DNA of 64,000 nucleotides from Thermoplasmata archaeon (GTDB lineage Archaea; Thermoplasmatota; Thermoplasmata; Lutacidiplasmatales; UBA184): NCBI GenBank assembly GCA_035502475.1, contig DATJUJ010000030.1, positions 2,343 to 66,342 of the forward strand, read 5' to 3'. Shown piece by piece: positions 54,960 to 64,000 of this stretch (position 1 is its first letter; each line of letters starts with the position of its first letter). The notes under the pieces were generated by a model. It saw only the letters and a program-made list of their open reading frames with translations, ran no database searches and was not told where the DNA came from. The position numbers and the translations under genes were made by a program.

Positions 54960-57038
54960 TCAGGCGCCCGTGCGCTCGAACAGATAGGCGTCCCCTTCCG
55001 CGAACTGCACGGCGTACCCCGCCGGGTCGGCGAGCAGCGGAGCCGGCGAGAACGCCGGCCAGAGCACCGTGTTGTTCCCGGTGACCGCGACGTAGCCCAC
55101 GTCGAGCGCCGCCATCGCCGCCTCCCCGGCGGCGTCGAGCGTGCCGTTGGTGAGCTCGCGCACGATCGTCCGGTAGGACGTGTTGATCCACGGCCAGCCC
55201 GGGACCATCGGGTACAGCAGCACGATATCGCGGGCGTACCCGGGAAGGAATTCGGCGGCGCTCCCGGGCGCGACGAGGACGCGGGCCCCGCTCGGCAGGT
55301 GGGCCCCCGCGTAGGCGAGCAGGGCGAAGTCGGCCGCGGTGACATTCCCGAAGTCTCCGTAGAGGTCGCCGAGCACCGGGGGCAGCTGGGTCGCGGTGAG
55401 CGTCACCGCCGGGACCACGATGGCGAGCGCGACGACCGCGGCGACCGCGGAACGCGAGACCCGGGGGCCGGGGCGTCCGTCGAGCGCCCAGCGCGAGGAA
55501 CGCCCCACCGGCGGGGACCGTGCGGCCTCCGGGGCCGGCGCGGCGGGCGCCGACCCGGCCTCGAGCGCGAGCGCGAGGGGCAGGACCGCGATGAGGCCAT
55601 AGAGCGCGAACAGCCACGTGGAGAGCTCGGCGCCGCTCGAGAGGCGCGCGAAATCCGCCCCGGGTCCAAAGCCGGCCGACGACGCCCAGAGGAGGCCGAG
55701 GAGGAGGACGATCGAGGCGATCCCCCCCGCCAGCAGGACCCGCGCCGTCTCGAGGTAGCGGCCGAGCGGGCTCTGCCGTCCGACCACGAGGAGGAGGGCC
55801 AGCCCGACGGTGAGGAGGACCGCGAGCTCGAGCCGCAGCAGCGGGATGGGGGCGAGCGCGACGTCGCTCGGACGGAACAGGTACGGATCGATGCTCCCGA
55901 CGAACTGCGCGCCGGAGATCCCCGGCGCTCCGCCGTTCGGCGGCGCGGCCGACCCCGGGACGAACCCGGGGCTCCCGAGCCCGCGCGCGAGGACCACGAG
56001 GGTCGGAACGATCGCCACCAGGGCGAGCGCAAGGGTGACCGCCCAGCGCCCGAGCCAGGCGCGCGGGGCGCCGCCGAACGCGGGTCGGGCGAGCCCCCCC
56101 GCGCAGAGGAGCGCCAGCGCGACCCACTCGGCCCCCACGGGATTGAGCGCTGCCGAGTAGCCGAGCAGGAGCCCGAAGGCCGCCAGATCGCCCCAGCCCG
56201 GCGGAGGCGCGCGGACCCAGCGGGCCGACTGCGCGAAGAGCAGCAGGACGAGCGGGAAGGCGAGGACGAAATCGTTGCTGCCGCCCACCATCGCCCGGGA
56301 TCCGGGCCCGATCCACGCGAAGCCGATCGCCACGGCTGCGGCGGCCCGGTCCGTCCGGAACCAGCGCCGACCGAGGACGAAGCCCCCGAGCGGGGCCAGC
56401 GCGAGGAACAGCGGCGTGACGAGGAGGCTGGTCCGGGCGGCGGGGAGGCCGAACGCCGCCTGGGCGCTCCCGAGCCACGCGGTCGTCCCCTGGGGGTAGA
56501 GCACCCCCACGGAGGCGAACGGGGCGAAGGAGGTGGGGGTCGTCCCGTTCCGGAGCAGGAGCGCGGTGTACGTCGTGAGGAGGCTCGAATCGTACGTGTT
56601 CCCCGTCCCGACCGGCAGCGCGACCGCGACCTCGAGGATGTAGAGCGCCAGCGCGGAGAGCAACGCGATCGCGACCGGCCACCGGCGCAGCAGCGCCTCC
56701 GCCGCGCGGAGCCGACGGGTGAGGGCCGCGCGCCCGTCGCGCACGAGCCGGAACGCGACGACGGCGAGCCCGAGGCCGACGAGCACGACCAGTGCCGGGA
56801 GCCCGAACAGGCCCCACGGCAACACCGCCGCTAGGTAGACGGCCGCGCCCCCGAGGTAGAGATCGGTCAGCCCCCGCTCGACCGGCTCGAGGGTTCGCCA
56901 CGAGGGGACCCACCGCGCCGCCGAGCCCCGGAGCGTCTCGCCCAGGGTCGCGACCGCGACGGCGGCGACCAGGAGCTCGACGGCCCACGCGGCCCCGTTC
57001 GGGCCGGGAACGGTCACGGCCTCGGGAGGTCGACCCAC
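54960..57038 (-). CDS. Large polytopic membrane protein, probable GT-C-fold glycosylation enzyme
   Basis: About 13 TM; YD..LL and YPQG loop; soluble C-terminal domain; next to a flippase. Confidence 0.6.
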   Translation of the reverse strand: MGRPPEAVTVPGPNGAAWAVELLVAAVAVATLGETLRGSAARWVPSWRTLEPVERGLTDLYLGGAAVYLAAVLPWGLFGLPALVVLVGLGLAVVAFRLVRDGRAALTRRLRAAEALLRRWPVAIALLSALALYILEVAVALPVGTGNTYDSSLLTTYTALLLRNGTTPTSFAPFASVGVLYPQGTTAWLGSAQAAFGLPAARTSLLVTPLFLALAPLGGFVLGRRWFRTDRAAAAVAIGFAWIGPGSRAMVGGSNDFVLAFPLVLLLFAQSARWVRAPPPGWGDLAAFGLLLGYSAALNPVGAEWVALALLCAGGLARPAFGGAPRAWLGRWAVTLALALVAIVPTLVVLARGLGSPGFVPGSAAPPNGGAPGISGAQFVGSIDPYLFRPSDVALAPIPLLRLELAVLLTVGLALLLVVGRQSPLGRYLETARVLLAGGIASIVLLLGLLWASSAGFGPGADFARLSSGAELSTWLFALYGLIAVLPLALALEAGSAPAAPAPEAARSPPVGRSSRWALDGRPGPRVSRSAVAAVVALAIVVPAVTLTATQLPPVLGDLYGDFGNVTAADFALLAYAGAHLPSGARVLVAPGSAAEFLPGYARDIVLLYPMVPGWPWINTSYRTIVRELTNGTLDAAGEAAMAALDVGYVAVTGNNTVLWPAFSPAPLLADPAGYAVQFAEGDAYLFERTGA

Positions 57039-57110
57039 CTAAAAACAATCGGTTCCGTCGAAACGCTACGTATTTACCGTCCCGCGGCAGCGTGAGCCCG
57101 GGCGACCGCC

Positions 57111-58685
57111 GTGAGCACTTCCCGAGACGAGGTCCGGGAGGGACTGTCGAGCGTCACGCGGGGGACGCTGTTCCTGCTCGTCGCCGCCCTCGTCTACGTC
57201 GGCCTCAGCTTCGCTTCGCGCGTGATCGTCGTGCGCAACCTCTCCACCGGGGAGTACAGCGCGTACGCGCTCGCCCTGACCCTGACGGGCGTGATCGCGG
57301 CGATCGGCTCGCTCGGGCTGCCGAACGCGATCGCCCGCAGCCTGCCGTACACGAGCCAGGACGCCGACCGACGCGCGATGGTCCGCGGCACGATGCTGAT
57401 CGGGAGCGCGGCGGGGCTCGCGGGGAGCGTCACGCTGTTCCTCCTGGCCGGGGCGATCGGTCACGCGCTGGGCACCTCGAGCCCCACCCCGCAGCAGATC
57501 ACGCTCGCAATGCAGCTGTTCTCGATCACGATCGCCACCTCCGTGATCTCGACCCTCATCGCGTCGATCTTCCAGGGCTACGAGGACGTGCTCCCGAACG
57601 CCCTGTTCGTGCAGATCGTGTTCCCGGCGCTCTTCCTCGTCTTCCTCATCGCCCTGTTCGTCGACACCCCCTCCGGCCTCTCGTACTTCGAGGTCCTGGT
57701 CGCGTACGCGGCCTCGAACGTGGTCGCGCTCGGCGCGCTCGCGCTCTACGCCGTCCGCAAGCTCCCGCGACGACTGCCGCCCGGACCCCGGAACCCGGCG
57801 GCGCTTCGCCGACTGCTCACGTTCGCGTCCCCGCTGCTCGTGGTCGGGATCATGAACACGCTCACGGGCTCCGGCGACACGCTGGTGCTGGGGATCTACC
57901 ACTCGGGCGAGCTGGCGAGCTACTCGGCCTCGCTCACCCTCGCGCGCCTGCTGCAGGTCGGGGTGACCGCCGCGTCGTACATCTTCCTCCCGGTCGCGAC
58001 CCGCTTCCTGCGACGCGCGGACAACGCCTCGGTCGAGCTGACGTTCACGACGGTCACCAAGTGGATGATCGTCTTCTCCCTGCCCCTCTTCCTGCTCTTC
58101 TTCTTCCTGCCCTCCGAGTCGCTGCTGTTCGTCTACAAGCCGCCGTACGGCGCGGTCACGCTCCCGCTCGACATCCTCGTGCTGGGAGCGTTCGCGACCA
58201 CGCTCCTCGGGCCCGGCCCCTCGGTCCAGGTCGCCAACGGACGGACCCGGCTGCTCGCGTACAACGCGATCATCGCGGGATTCATCGACCTCGGGGTCGC
58301 GTTCGCGCTCGTCCCCACGTACGGGTACGTAGGCGCCGCGATCGCGTGGGCGAGCGCGAACGCCGCCTACTCGCTCCTCTCGATCGTGGAGCTAGGGACG
58401 CTCGACGGGATCCATCCGTTCCGGGGCCACTTCGTCATCCCGCTCGTCGCCACCGCGGTCCCCGTCGGGCTCCTCCTTGGGCTGTACCGTGTCCCGCTCC
58501 CGCTCTGGAGCCTGCCGCCCCTCGGTCTCGGGATCGCGGCCCTGTTCGTCCTGCTGGTGCTGATCACCCGCAGCGTCGACGTCGGGGACGCCATGCTCAT
58601 GGACGCCGTCGAGCGGATGCTCGGCACGCCCCTGCCCCGGCTCCGGCGGCTCGGGCGCCTCGGGCTGCGACGCTCCGGTCCCTGA
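57111..58685 (+). CDS. Oligosaccharide flippase (MOP/Wzx family)
   Basis: RNLSTGEYSAY, LGLPNAIAR, DTLVLG, LVPTYGYVGAAIA. Confidence 0.9.
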   Translation: MSTSRDEVREGLSSVTRGTLFLLVAALVYVGLSFASRVIVVRNLSTGEYSAYALALTLTGVIAAIGSLGLPNAIARSLPYTSQDADRRAMVRGTMLIGSAAGLAGSVTLFLLAGAIGHALGTSSPTPQQITLAMQLFSITIATSVISTLIASIFQGYEDVLPNALFVQIVFPALFLVFLIALFVDTPSGLSYFEVLVAYAASNVVALGALALYAVRKLPRRLPPGPRNPAALRRLLTFASPLLVVGIMNTLTGSGDTLVLGIYHSGELASYSASLTLARLLQVGVTAASYIFLPVATRFLRRADNASVELTFTTVTKWMIVFSLPLFLLFFFLPSESLLFVYKPPYGAVTLPLDILVLGAFATTLLGPGPSVQVANGRTRLLAYNAIIAGFIDLGVAFALVPTYGYVGAAIAWASANAAYSLLSIVELGTLDGIHPFRGHFVIPLVATAVPVGLLLGLYRVPLPLWSLPPLGLGIAALFVLLVLITRSVDVGDAMLMDAVERMLGTPLPRLRRLGRLGLRRSGP

Positions 58686-58955
58686 GCCTGCGGTCGGCGC
58701 TCGGGCGCCGAGCACGTGGTCGACGAGCAGCAGCACGACGCCCGCGGCCAGCAGGAAGAAGACGTACTCCGCGAGCGTGTTCGCGGCCCCCACGTCCCCG
58801 GTCGCGTCGACGACCGCGGTGACCACCAGCAGTCCCAGGGCGCCGCCGATCGGGTAGCGGGCGTCGAGATGCGCCCAGACCGAGTAGACCATGTACCCGG
58901 CGAGCAGCACGAGGAACGCCTCGGCGTACGGGAACGTCACCGGACCCGCGACCAC
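58392..58955 (-). CDS. Small membrane protein (3 TM; C-terminal read-through overlaps the flippase)
   Basis: LDARYPIGGAL...ANTLAEYVFFLLAAGVVLL. Confidence 0.55.
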   Translation of the reverse strand: MVAGPVTFPYAEAFLVLLAGYMVYSVWAHLDARYPIGGALGLLVVTAVVDATGDVGAANTLAEYVFFLLAAGVVLLLVDHVLGARAPTAGSGTGASQPEAPEPPEPGQGRAEHPLDGVHEHGVPDVDAAGDQHQQDEQGRDPETEGRQAPERERDTVQPKEEPDGDRGGDERDDEVAPERMDPVERP

Positions 58956-59100
58956 CCCGGAGGCCTAAATCGTACGGTGGCCGGGGGGCGCGCCCCGAAT
59001 CGACGTGCGACGACCTGCCGTATAACCTCCTCGCCCTCCACGTCAGGTTTATAGCGGCCGGCCGTCATCGGACGAGGCAAGAGAGGCGGTCGTTCGCTCC

Positions 59101-59703
59101 ATGAGCCCCCCCTCACGGTTCCATCGCATCGTACCCGCCGCGCTGGGGGCCGCCATGCTCGCGGTCCTGATCGCGGCCGCACTGTCCCCCAACACCGGAG
59201 CCGTGCCGGCGCAGTCGAACTGTACGTACGGCCAGTGCCCGTCCTCGACGACCCCGTTCCCCTGGTGGATCGTGGCGCTCGTCGTGGTCATCGTCGTCGC
59301 GGCGATCATCGGGCTCCTCCTCGTGATGCGCGGCCGCCGCAAGAAGCCGCCCGCCCAGCCCCCGCTCACCGCGTGGGGCGGGACGGGGGCCGGTGGAGCG
59401 GCGGGGGGAGCCGCGGCCGCCGGCGGGCCCAGCCCGCCCGCGGGACCCGGGACCTCCCCGGCGTACCTCGAGACGCCCGAAGACGTGAGCTCGGCCCCGC
59501 CCGTGGTCGCTCCGACGCCCGCCGTCGGGGCCGCGGCGGGGGCGGCCACGGCGGGAGCCGCGGCGGGGGCCGCCGGCGCCGAGGCGGAGCCGGACATCGA
59601 CTCCCTCATGGCGGAGCTCGACAAGATCAGCGGCGAGATCCTGAAGCGAGCCCCGAAGAAGGGCTCCGAGTCGCAGACCCCGAGCCCCGACGACGAGGAA
59701 TAG
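59101..59703 (+). CDS. Signal peptide plus single-TM protein with low-complexity cytoplasmic tail
   Basis: CTYGQC mini-ectodomain, TM, RGRRKK, G/A/P linker, DIDSLMAELDKIS helix. Confidence 0.75.
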   Translation: MSPPSRFHRIVPAALGAAMLAVLIAAALSPNTGAVPAQSNCTYGQCPSSTTPFPWWIVALVVVIVVAAIIGLLLVMRGRRKKPPAQPPLTAWGGTGAGGAAGGAAAAGGPSPPAGPGTSPAYLETPEDVSSAPPVVAPTPAVGAAAGAATAGAAAGAAGAEAEPDIDSLMAELDKISGEILKRAPKKGSESQTPSPDDEE

Positions 59704-59766
59704 GCGCCTCGCGGCGGCCGGAGCGGAGAGCGCTCCTTATGAGGGCCCGGCGGCCTTTCTCGATCG

Positions 59767-60018
59767 ATGACCGCTCCGGTCTCCGCCCACGAGGCCCAGC
59801 TCCTCGACGAGCTCCACCGGGCCGTGGCGGGAGCGCGGGAACGCCCGACCGAGATCGAGGTCGGCATCGCGCTGTCGATCGCGCTCGGCCGCCAGCGCCC
59901 GGCCGTCTCGTGCGGCGGTTGCTCGACGCCCCTCGAGTTCGAAGGGATCCCGGCGCGGACCAACGCCCGGCTCGAGGTGCCGTTCCGGCTGGTCTTCCCG
60001 TCGTCGGCGGGCTCGTAG
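59767..60018 (+). CDS. Small hypothetical protein with CxxC
   Basis: 83 aa, SCGGC; CTTATG ~25 nt upstream. Confidence 0.5.
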   Translation: MTAPVSAHEAQLLDELHRAVAGARERPTEIEVGIALSIALGRQRPAVSCGGCSTPLEFEGIPARTNARLEVPFRLVFPSSAGS

Positions 60019-60052
60019 CGGCCGACCGGTCGACAGAGGGATCTCGGCCGGG

Positions 60053-60745
60053 ATGACGTTCTCCCTCATCCAGTCCCTGGTCAACCTCACGACCACCGTC
60101 CTCGCGGACATCGGGCTCCCGGGGCTGTTCGCCCTCATGGTGATCGAGAGCATCGGCGTCCCGCCGCTCCCGAGCGAGGTGATCCTGCCGTTCTCCGGAT
60201 TCCTGGTCGCGGAGGGCGTCTTCGGATTCGTGCCGGCCGTGGCGGTCGCGGTCGCCGGCGGGATGGTCGGCGCGTACATCGCCTACGCGATCGGGCGCTG
60301 GGGCCGGCATCGCATCGCCGACCTCGGCATCGGTCGATTGAGGCTCGACCACGACCACCTCGAGCGGATGGACCGGTTCTTCGCCCGCCGCGGCGAGATC
60401 ACGGTCGGGCTCGCCCGGCTCGTCCCGGTGGTGCGCGCGTACGTGAGCTATCCGGCGGGGACCGCGCGGATGGAGCCGGCGCGCTTTGGCGTGTTCACCT
60501 TCCTGGGGTCGCTCCCGTTCGCGATCGGCCTCATCTACGCCGGCGTCGAACTGCGCTCCCACTGGGGGATCGTCGCGGCCGAGCTCGGGCTGCTCGACGA
60601 CGCGCTGATCGTCGTCCTGGTCCTCGTCGTGCTCTACCTGGGACTGGTCGCGCTGGGAGTCCTCCGGCCCAAGTTCCTCACCGGGGGCGCGCCCTCACCC
60701 CCGGGATCCACGCCCCCCGAGCCGCCGGGCCCGCCGAAGGCGTAG
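60053..60745 (+). CDS. dedA: DedA family membrane protein
   Basis: ESIGVPPLPSEVILPFSG, YAIGRWG, ARLVPVVR..SYPAG. Confidence 0.92.
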   Translation: MTFSLIQSLVNLTTTVLADIGLPGLFALMVIESIGVPPLPSEVILPFSGFLVAEGVFGFVPAVAVAVAGGMVGAYIAYAIGRWGRHRIADLGIGRLRLDHDHLERMDRFFARRGEITVGLARLVPVVRAYVSYPAGTARMEPARFGVFTFLGSLPFAIGLIYAGVELRSHWGIVAAELGLLDDALIVVLVLVVLYLGLVALGVLRPKFLTGGAPSPPGSTPPEPPGPPKA

Positions 60746-60746
60746 G

Positions 60747-62090
60747 CTACGGCTCCGGGCCCCGGGCGTACTCGGGTCGCACGACGCGTCCGTCGGGCCG
60801 TCCGACGTACTCCCCGTCGAGCACGATCGGTCGGCCGTCGCGGTAGTGTTCCCTCGGGAAGATCCCTTCCCAGCCTTCGAAGGCGGTCCACCCGCACGGT
60901 GCGTGGAGCTGCCGGGCCGTGATCGGCCCCCGGGCCCGGAAATCCACGACCATCAGGTGGGCCCGGTGACCGGGGGCGATCCGTCCGATCGGCTGGCCGA
61001 GCCAGCGCGCGGGGCGATCGCACGCGGCGGCGAGGAGGGTCGAGAGGGCGAGGTCGCCCCGACGGACCCGCGCCAAGAGGAGCGGCAGCATCGTCTCCAC
61101 GCCCGGCATCCCGCTCGGGGCCTGGGCGAGGTCGCGCTCCTTCTCCGAGGCGCCGTGCGGGGCGTGGTCGCTCGCGAGGCAGGGGATCTCCCCGCGGACG
61201 AACCGCGCCCAGAGCTCGGCGCGATCCGCCTCGGACCGGAGGGGCGGGTTCACCTTGAGCCGGCTCCCGCCCGAGGACCGCTCCGAGAGCAGGAGGTGCT
61301 GGGGCGTCGCCTCGAACGAGAGCCCGCGCGCGCGCAGCCGGTCGACGCTGGCGGCCTCCGTCACGTGGGCGACGTGGAGCCGCAGGGCGGTCGGCGCGCT
61401 CAGCAACGGGTCCAGCGCCGCGGCCTCCGCGGCGGGCGGACGGACCCGGTCCCAGTCGGCGAGGTGCCGGACGGCGTCCGGCACGTGGAACTGCCGGGGG
61501 TCCTCCGCGTGCACCGCGACCGGAAGGCCCAAACGCGCGAGCCGTGCGAGCAGCGGGCCGACCTCATCGAGCGGCGGGGCGTCCGGGATCCCGGTGGTGG
61601 GCGCGAGGTACAGCTTGAAGCCCCCCGCCCGGCGCGCGAGCGCGGCGAGGTCCCCCGGCCGGGACGGGCTCGCGTAGAGGAGGACGTCGACCGCGGCCCG
61701 GCCGACGACCCGCGCCTCCTTCTCCTCGAGCCGGTCGAGATCCGTGACCGGGGGTTCCGTATTCGGCATCTCGCCAACGAGCGCGACGCCTCCGAGGGCC
61801 GCCTGCACGGTGCCGGTGGCGATGTTCTCGACGCGGGAGTCGGGCCCCGGGTCCCGGAAGTGGACGTGCAGGTCGGTGGCCGCGGGGAGGATCACGGCGT
61901 CCCCCACGTCGTGGACCGGCGCCCCCCGCCGGATCCGACCAACCGAGAGGATCCGTCCGTCGTCACCGATGGCGATCGCGACCGGCTGGAGCTTGCCGCG
62001 GACGAACGCGCGGCCGGAGAGGATCGAGGCCGGCGCCTCCACGACGGGGCTCTCCTCGCGCGGGCCGCGGGGGGCGCTCCGGCGGGGCAT
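60747..62090 (-). CDS. pyrC: Dihydroorotase
   Basis: DLHVHFRDPG, EMPNT, HAED, KVNPPLR, SDHAPH. Confidence 0.9.
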   Translation of the reverse strand: MPRRSAPRGPREESPVVEAPASILSGRAFVRGKLQPVAIAIGDDGRILSVGRIRRGAPVHDVGDAVILPAATDLHVHFRDPGPDSRVENIATGTVQAALGGVALVGEMPNTEPPVTDLDRLEEKEARVVGRAAVDVLLYASPSRPGDLAALARRAGGFKLYLAPTTGIPDAPPLDEVGPLLARLARLGLPVAVHAEDPRQFHVPDAVRHLADWDRVRPPAAEAAALDPLLSAPTALRLHVAHVTEAASVDRLRARGLSFEATPQHLLLSERSSGGSRLKVNPPLRSEADRAELWARFVRGEIPCLASDHAPHGASEKERDLAQAPSGMPGVETMLPLLLARVRRGDLALSTLLAAACDRPARWLGQPIGRIAPGHRAHLMVVDFRARGPITARQLHAPCGWTAFEGWEGIFPREHYRDGRPIVLDGEYVGRPDGRVVRPEYARGPEP

Positions 62091-62181
62091 CGAGCCGCGG
62101 GACGTCGCCCGCCGTAAAGAGGCGTGCCCTCCGGAGGCCAAGCTCTTTTCTGCCGCCGCCGTTGGTCCGGCGAGGAACCGG

Positions 62182-63231
62182 ATGCCGAAGCGCGTCCCGC
62201 TCACCTACGCGGCGAGCGGGGTCGACGTGGGGATCCGGGCGCAGGCGCTCGCCGCGCTGCTCGGGGGGGTCCGGTACCGTCCGCCCCCCGACCACGGGCG
62301 CCCGGTCGACCTCGCCGGACACTTCGCGGGCCTCGTGCGCCTCGGACGGGAAACGGTCGCGCTCACCACCGACACGGTCGGTACCAAGGTCCTCCTCGCC
62401 GAGGAGCTCCGGCGCTGGGAGGAGGTCGGCGAGGACATCGTGGGCGTCAACGTGAACGACCTCGCGGCCGTCGGCGCCCGTCCCGCGGCGCTCGTCGACA
62501 CGATCCTCTGTGCTCGACCCGACGACGGCGTCTTCGCCGGGATCGGTCGCGGTCTGGACCGCGGACTGCGGCGGGCCGGTTGCGCGCTCGTGGGCGGCGA
62601 GACGGCCGTCGTGCCCGACCTGGTCTCCGGGTTCGATCTCGGCGGGACGGCCCTGGGCTTCTTTCCGCGCGGACGGCGGCCCGTGACCGGCGAGCGCATC
62701 CGACCCGGGGACGTCATCCTCGGGATCCCGTCGACCGGCTTCCATGCGAACGGCTACACGCTGGTCCGACGCCTCCTTCGCGAGGAGAGCGTCGACCTCG
62801 ACCAGCCCCGGCCCGGGGGCCGGGGACCCGTCGGCTTGGAGCTGCTCCGCCCGACCCGGATCTACTCGGATGCGGCGGACGCGATCGCGGACCGGCCCGA
62901 GGTCCACGGACTCGTCCACCTGTCGGGCGGGGGAGTGCGGAACTTCGTCCGGCTCCAGTCGGACGTGGAGTTCCGGCTCGACGCGTGGCCGGAGCCCCCG
63001 GGACTGTTCGGCTGGGTCCAGGCGCTGGGACCGCTCTCCGACCACGAGATGTTCGGGACGTTCAACATGGGGATCGGCTTCGCGGTGGTGGTCTCCGCGC
63101 GGGGAGCGGGGGAGGTGCTGCGTCGGCTCGCCCGAGCGGGGGCCCGCGATGCGCAGCGGATCGGCCGGGTGGCGCCCGGCCGCGGGGTCTCGCTGCCCGG
63201 CCGGTCGCTCGCCTACGCAGGCTACGCGTAG
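62182..63231 (+). CDS. purM: Phosphoribosylformylglycinamidine cyclo-ligase (AIR synthetase)
   Basis: TYAASGVD, TDTVGTK, VNDL, GGETA, GFHANGYT, TFNMGIG. Confidence 0.95.
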   Translation: MPKRVPLTYAASGVDVGIRAQALAALLGGVRYRPPPDHGRPVDLAGHFAGLVRLGRETVALTTDTVGTKVLLAEELRRWEEVGEDIVGVNVNDLAAVGARPAALVDTILCARPDDGVFAGIGRGLDRGLRRAGCALVGGETAVVPDLVSGFDLGGTALGFFPRGRRPVTGERIRPGDVILGIPSTGFHANGYTLVRRLLREESVDLDQPRPGGRGPVGLELLRPTRIYSDAADAIADRPEVHGLVHLSGGGVRNFVRLQSDVEFRLDAWPEPPGLFGWVQALGPLSDHEMFGTFNMGIGFAVVVSARGAGEVLRRLARAGARDAQRIGRVAPGRGVSLPGRSLAYAGYA

Positions 63232-63282
63232 CGGGTCCGCGCCCGCGCCGAACCGTTAAGGAGCGGCGTCCGTCCCGGCACC

Positions 63283-64000
63283 GTGGCGACGGGCGGGGGC
63301 TTGCGGACGACGGCGATCGTCCTCTCGCTCACGGCCGCGTTCCTCTGGGCAACGTACTACCTGTTCGTCCTGTGGGCGACGCCGGGGGCGCGGCCGTCGG
63401 CGGTGCTCGCCTATCCGTTCGTCTTCGGCGGGGTCGCCTACGCCGGCTGGGCGTTCGCGCGCGGGCAGGGCCCCGCGTTCCTGAGGCTCTGGAAGCAGCC
63501 GGCCGCCTACGGGCGCACCGCCCTCCTGGTCGCGATGCAGGTCTCGGTGCTCGCGGCGACATACCTCGCCGGCCCCGTCGACGCGTCGCTCCTCTCGCTC
63601 ATCGGGGACGTCGTGCTCACGCCGATCGTCGTCGCCTACCTGCTCGGCATCGGGCGTGAGCACGTCCACACCTCGCTGTTCGCCGCCGGTCTCCTCCTGA
63701 GCCTCGCGGGGGGGACGATGACGATCGTCGCGGGCGAGACCCTCTCGGCGGTCTCGGCCTGGGGATGGCTCGTCGTGCCGGCGGTCCCGATCGCCGTCGC
63801 CTTCTACTTCCTCCTGACCGCGCGGGAGAACACGCGGTCCCCGCCCGGCGCCGTCGTCGGGCAGTCGATGCTCGCCGCGGCCCTCGTGCTCGTGGTCGCC
63901 GCCCCGCTCTTCCCCGGAGGGTGGGCCGGTCTCGCCGCCGTCGGCCTCGTTCCCCTCGCCCTGCTGGCGCTCACCGGCGTGACCAGTTTCTTCCTGGCGC
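63283..64000 (+). CDS. EamA/DMT-family transporter (3' truncated by window edge)
   Basis: GTG 63283: LSLTAAFLWATYY..., repeated TM helices, open to the window end. Confidence 0.75.
   Translation, partial: MATGGGLRTTAIVLSLTAAFLWATYYLFVLWATPGARPSAVLAYPFVFGGVAYAGWAFARGQGPAFLRLWKQPAAYGRTALLVAMQVSVLAATYLAGPVDASLLSLIGDVVLTPIVVAYLLGIGREHVHTSLFAAGLLLSLAGGTMTIVAGETLSAVSAWGWLVVPAVPIAVAFYFLLTARENTRSPPGAVVGQSMLAAALVLVVAAPLFPGGWAGLAAVGLVPLALLALTGVTSFFLA

Noticed and set aside
1..64000. CRISPR array, rRNA, IS elements
   Set aside because: No regularly spaced repeats, rRNA-like segments or transposase motifs noticed by eye

Overview
A 64-kb, very GC-rich, gene-dense archaeal chromosome segment. Archaeal markers include PolD small subunit DP1, archaeal DnaG, rpS8e, SRP19, a GPN GTPase and an XPD helicase. 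Gene content suggests a high-GC Thermoplasmata lineage; this is inference, not a taxonomic search. Most of the window is housekeeping and central metabolism: three-gene NAD(P) transhydrogenase, PGK, MDH, KDG-type aldolase plus glucose dehydrogenase, ADP-forming acyl-CoA synthetase, 2-oxoacid:ferredoxin oxidoreductase, PyrC, PurM, MoaD/E, tRNA-Val(GAC) and tRNA-Pro(GGG). Five things stand out. (1) A ~13-kb aerobic respiratory cluster with no cytochrome c: two membrane-anchored cupredoxins, a Cox2 split into two ORFs at the HGNxxLE junction, an AbrB/PhoU regulator, tatA-tatC-tatB-like genes, Rieske, cytochrome b, A1-type Cox1, CtaA and CtaB. (2) A LonB-type AAA+ ATPase with no protease domain and no membrane anchor, carrying a Zn-ribbon and a C-terminal Tyr-X tail, a candidate 20S-proteasome partner; it lies downstream of dnaG, which has a long structured leader. 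(3) A lower-GC two-gene islet of secreted Cys-rich proteins, one with aerolysin/ETX-MTX2-like Ser/Thr-flanked amphipathic hairpins. (4) Two DNA-repair genes (RNase HII, XPD) whose conserved N-termini lie upstream of any canonical start, each with an in-frame ACG 8 nt after a GGAG(G). (5) hddA-gmhA heptose genes. No CRISPR array, rRNA, transposase or integrase was seen. All calls come from reading motifs by eye; no searches were run.
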